Below are positions 60,610 to 64,000 of a stretch of 64,000 nt of DNA, one piece after another. Each line of letters opens with the position of its first letter. Position 1 is the stretch's first letter. The notes below the pieces were generated by a model. It was not told the origin of the DNA. It made no database searches and saw only the letters and a program-made list of their open reading frames with translations. The position numbers and the translations under genes were made by a program. This DNA comes from Spirochaetia bacterium (GTDB lineage Bacteria; Spirochaetota; Spirochaetia; DSM-2461), in contig OY764216.1 in the NCBI GenBank assembly GCA_963668315.1, positions 4,448,001-4,512,000 of the forward strand, in the 5' to 3' direction.

Positions 60610-60791
60610 ACCAGTAAATACTTCTCTAAAAACAATCCCCCTTTTGCAGGAGTAAGTAACAAAATACAATTACAGGGATTTTACAATTTCAGGAAAGGAA
60701 TAACTCTGTTAAATATGTTTCACCCTTTTTATGAGACCACGCAAAAGAGTAGATACCCATGATTTCGTAGACGGATTTTCAGAATGATGAA

Positions 60792-61571
60792 TTATATATT
60801 TTCCTCCAGCTGTAACTCATCCATAAGATTGACATATGTACTTTCAGGAAGTAATTTCTTGATTGTATTCAGACGAATAGAAAAGACAGATTCCCAATTC
60901 GAGATAGTATCAATTTCATCTCGCCATAAACAAAGGTTATTAAGAAGTTGTTTTTCATCAAAGACAATTTTCTGTTGTGGTTTATGGGATGACTTTTTAC
61001 GAGGGTTCACGTGGTTTCGACTCTTGGCAAGCTTGTTATAAATCGAATTGACAGAGAGAGTTCCTTCAAGGATCTTGGCTTTTTGAGACTCCGTGCATTC
61101 CTTCTTCACCTTAAGGATTCTTACTGCTTTCGTAGTCGAGATACCGCATATCCGTGCAAGCCTTTCCTGTTTCCGTCCTGGCCCTGGAAGATTGTCCGTA
61201 TCAAGAGTGAGAATAAATGAGAAGAGATCGGAATCTTGAAGGTTACGTCTGTGAAACTGGAGAGTTAAAGCGTAATCGATGGCATCCTGTTTCTCTTTGA
61301 ATGATTTGTAAGAGACGGGGATAGTTTTTAGACCAGTGGCCTTTGCCGCAGCGAGGCGGGTATGTCCGTCAATAAGGATATCCTTCTCTTTCCAAATGAC
61401 TAAGGGAAATTCTTCGTTGAATCCCTCCTTTCGAATAGAAGCCTCAATGGTTTCCTGGACGCTCTTGTTGATAGGGAAGAGGGATTTGAATGTGGGATCA
61501 AGCTTGATCTCCTGCACTCTTCGCTGAAGTTGTGTCTCCGCACCTTTCTTTTTTCTCTTAGGGATAAACAT
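60792..61571 (-). CDS. ParB/Srx N-terminal domain protein with HTH
   Basis: SIRKEGF..PLVIW..LIDGHTRLAAA..RRNL..LARICGIS; AAGGAG RBS before ATG 61571. Confidence 0.85.
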   Translation of the reverse strand: MFIPKRKKKGAETQLQRRVQEIKLDPTFKSLFPINKSVQETIEASIRKEGFNEEFPLVIWKEKDILIDGHTRLAAAKATGLKTIPVSYKSFKEKQDAIDYALTLQFHRRNLQDSDLFSFILTLDTDNLPGPGRKQERLARICGISTTKAVRILKVKKECTESQKAKILEGTLSVNSIYNKLAKSRNHVNPRKKSSHKPQQKIVFDEKQLLNNLCLWRDEIDTISNWESVFSIRLNTIKKLLPESTYVNLMDELQLEENI

Positions 61572-61581
61572 GATTGACTCC

Positions 61582-62547
61582 TTAGAAGGGGTATCGGGAT
61601 TTGAGGTACTTGAGTTCCCGAGATTGATGATTCTCACTGAAGGCTCTGAAGAGATCTTCATATGTTACATCAATAAGCAGTCTGGGATCATGTAACGTAG
61701 CCCTGATTGAATCGTATACAGTATCTCCTTGGGGTAACCCCTTTGACGGATTCTTCAGAATGGCCCTGTTTCGCTCCGATCTGATATGGACGGTAATAAC
61801 CTCATCGATCTCCGAATGATGCTTCCTGACCTCCCTGGCAAACAGGAGAAGGCGAGTCGCCTGATAGATCGGTTCATAGAAAAGATCATCAAGGGATTCA
61901 AGTCGCGTTATGTTGATGGGACAGTCCGGATCTTCCAGGAAAGGTTTATAGGTAATCAGCCTATCGGTTCTGTCATTCCGATAGCGGATATTCGACCGGG
62001 CGTAGGCCTCGACGTACTTGAACTCGCCCAAGATCATCCTAGTCTTGTTATCCTTGGTCTTCATCATGCAGGCCCAATCCACACTGGTATTACCCAATCC
62101 TCTATGACGAGTATCCCCCAGCTTGGGTTCCTCGTTCAGGTAGTTCCTGGGTCCGATCCACTCAAAAGCTAAGAACTGACCGGGAGACTCAATAGGAAGC
62201 ATTCTCTCCATATCGGGGAAAATCGGTCGTAATAAGTCTCCTAGAAGATCGGACTCATAAAAGAACGGAAATAGAGTGTTCACGCACATAACCTGGCTTG
62301 AGCAGAGGTGATTAGTCGGCCCCTCCATCTGTGCTGCCATATGCCAGGATATCCTGTTTTCCTCGAAGTAGCGGATGGCATTCTGACGTATGCTCTCCTG
62401 GATATTCTCATCGGAATAGGTGACGGGGAGAGCCCAAGGATAGAGCCTTCCCCGGTATAAACCTGCTGATCTGGCCTGTCGGGAAAGATATTTTGTGCTC
62501 AACTTCCATTCGGCCTGTCTGTTTTTCTCTGAAGCAAGGAATCTCAT
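61582..62547 (-). CDS. PD-(D/E)XK restriction endonuclease-like protein (PGN_0703-like)
   Basis: HLCSSQVMCVN, FEW, TSVD..GEFKYVE and YQ..R motifs. Confidence 0.65.
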   Translation of the reverse strand: MRFLASEKNRQAEWKLSTKYLSRQARSAGLYRGRLYPWALPVTYSDENIQESIRQNAIRYFEENRISWHMAAQMEGPTNHLCSSQVMCVNTLFPFFYESDLLGDLLRPIFPDMERMLPIESPGQFLAFEWIGPRNYLNEEPKLGDTRHRGLGNTSVDWACMMKTKDNKTRMILGEFKYVEAYARSNIRYRNDRTDRLITYKPFLEDPDCPINITRLESLDDLFYEPIYQATRLLLFAREVRKHHSEIDEVITVHIRSERNRAILKNPSKGLPQGDTVYDSIRATLHDPRLLIDVTYEDLFRAFSENHQSRELKYLKSRYPF

Positions 62548-62550
62548 AGA

Positions 62551-62925
62551 TCAGTCCTCGTCCGGAAGCATCAGTGTAATAACAGGTTCGGGTGTGTCTC
62601 CGGGTCCGATGACTGCTTTAAGATTTACCTCTTCTGCTTCCCTTTCAGGATTCATGAGGTAAAGGCAGCTGTAATAAATGGTATCACCCTCAGCCTTTCT
62701 TGCATGGAAAGTGAAGAGGAAGAGAGTATCCCATAATCGACCATCCAGAGACTGACCACACTCTTCAAGTTTGGATGACGGTTTGATGTATCCATTATAC
62801 AAGGTATCTGTGATGGCAACGGGATACTTGATACCCGCATCCCTTGCCATGGACGTGACATCGATAAGGATACCGTCAGAGATTGCATCTTTACTGGTAT
62901 AGGAATAGATAATGCTATCAGACAT
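62551..62925 (-). CDS. Mobile-element conserved protein (DUF6573-like)
   Basis: IYSYT..AISDGILIDV..GIKYPVAIT..GRLWD..GPGD..PVITLMLPDED. Confidence 0.7.
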   Translation of the reverse strand: MSDSIIYSYTSKDAISDGILIDVTSMARDAGIKYPVAITDTLYNGYIKPSSKLEECGQSLDGRLWDTLFLFTFHARKAEGDTIYYSCLYLMNPEREAEEVNLKAVIGPGDTPEPVITLMLPDED

Positions 62926-63289
62926 GGAAAGGGACCTCCTGGTTTGAAGGAGTGGCCTTAGTCTTTGGTCTGAACTCGATATGCTCAGCGACTATAACGA
63001 TCTTCGAGCGACTATGACCGTCCTGTTCCCAACGGTTCTGTTTAAGACGACCTACAACTCGGATTCCTCGACCCTTCTCGAGATACTTCTCACAGATTTC
63101 GGCCTGTTTCCCCCAGGATTCAATATCGAAGTATGAGACTTCATCATTGTAATCATCGGTGTTTTCCTGTTTGTACTGACGATTGCTGGCAACGGTGAAA
63201 TGGCAAAGGGCTGTTCCCTTTGTTGTGTACTGTGTTTCCGGGTCTCTCGTAAGATTTCCTTCGAGAATGATGCTGTTAAGACTGTTCAT
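62918..63289 (-). CDS. ssb: Single-stranded DNA-binding protein
   Basis: LNSIILEGNLTRDPE..FTVASNR..YLEKGR..GRLKQNRW; EVPF near the C-terminus; AAGGAG RBS. Confidence 0.93.
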   Translation of the reverse strand: MNSLNSIILEGNLTRDPETQYTTKGTALCHFTVASNRQYKQENTDDYNDEVSYFDIESWGKQAEICEKYLEKGRGIRVVGRLKQNRWEQDGHSRSKIVIVAEHIEFRPKTKATPSNQEVPFHV

Positions 63290-63353
63290 ATAATATCTCC
63301 TTTTATTTATGCAATCAGTAGTTTGATGACCGTGCATACGACGGATTTTGGTG

Positions 63354-63905
63354 TCAATCTTCCTCTTTAAAGTAAAGTTCCTGTTCCCCTAAGATAATCT
63401 GAGAACCGGGGATGATTTCGCCTTGTTTGGTCAGAAGGTCCTTGAGATAGGATTTGGATATCTCCTTCTTGATGATGACAGCATCCGGGTGATTGGCTTC
63501 ACAGAAACTGAGAGCTAAGTCTGAATCAGAAATATCGATCCGATCCGGTTTCTTCTTAAGCTGGATGGCAACTCCGGGAAGATGAATCGTCTTCGAACGG
63601 GAGAGTTTGGATACTTCTGCTTCAATGAAGGGTTTGATAAGAGCTTTCAGATAAGAGGAAGATTCGGTTTCCTTCTTGATGGCCTTCTGGAACCAGGAAT
63701 CGATGCGTTTCTTATATTCCTGGGCGAGTTCTGAATAATGGGTAATACGGGATTCTGCATCCAGGATTTTCTTGGCAGCCCAGACGGCTTTATCTTCTGA
63801 ATCAATGGAGAATGACTCATTTTCGCTATCCGGATTCGGGGTGATAATATCTTCCAGATTGGGGATAGGTTCTAATTCTAATTGTTTCGTTTCAGATGAT
63901 GACAT
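63354..63905 (-). CDS. Host-nuclease inhibitor Gam / Gp157-like phage protein
   Basis: FSIDSEDKAVWAAKKI, coiled coil, KTIHLPGV..KK..KKEISK..GEIIPG. Confidence 0.75.
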   Translation of the reverse strand: MSSSETKQLELEPIPNLEDIITPNPDSENESFSIDSEDKAVWAAKKILDAESRITHYSELAQEYKKRIDSWFQKAIKKETESSSYLKALIKPFIEAEVSKLSRSKTIHLPGVAIQLKKKPDRIDISDSDLALSFCEANHPDAVIIKKEISKSYLKDLLTKQGEIIPGSQIILGEQELYFKEED

Positions 63906-64000
63906 ACTGATTCCTCCTTGTATTGATTAAGTAGGAGAAAGAACGCCTCTTATGAAATATGAATAGCAGGAAATAACCGGACTTTTATACGTTGTGAGTA

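Noticed and set aside
58852..64000. Complete prophage
   Set aside because: No structural, packaging or lysis genes in the window; it can only be called a mobile-element backbone.

Overview
Bacterial chromosomal window, probably from a free-living spirochaete (inferred from the signal-peptide style, the membrane-anchored AraC and the integrase type; not provable here). It has three parts. (1) 1-19.4 kb, GC-richer: a histidine utilisation cluster (hutF convergent with a MarR-hutH-hutU-hutI operon), a MerR-controlled hydrolase/aldo-keto reductase pair, redox genes including a broken flavinylated flavocytochrome-c-type reductase, MATE/AraC genes and a surface lipoprotein. (2) 19.4-35 kb, AT-richer accessory DNA: a membrane AraC gene split by a 3.18 kb TG..CA transposon with a 5-bp target duplication, a frameshifted MFS gene, and a YesM/YesN-type two-component system with an AfuABC/FbpABC-type transporter. 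(3) From about 34.96 kb to the window end: what looks like a tRNA-targeted genomic island, marked by a 24-nt tRNA 3' remnant plus terminator. It holds a three-level nest of IS elements, a Type ISP restriction-modification relic, a five-gene glycosylation operon (PIG-L, GT4, GH100-like, GH130, GT4-(alpha/alpha)6 fusion) near an orphan PTS enzyme I, a second diverged copy of the three-gene transposon, an SBD-HNH nuclease, and a Gam-SSB-nuclease-ParB-primase-like backbone that runs off the right edge. The best candidates for an under-described system are the zinc-finger/DDE/ExeA-ATPase transposons, the glycosylation operon with enzyme I, and the primase-like replicon module. No CRISPR array, rRNA or intact tRNA was seen. 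All family assignments come from motif recognition by eye, not from database searches.
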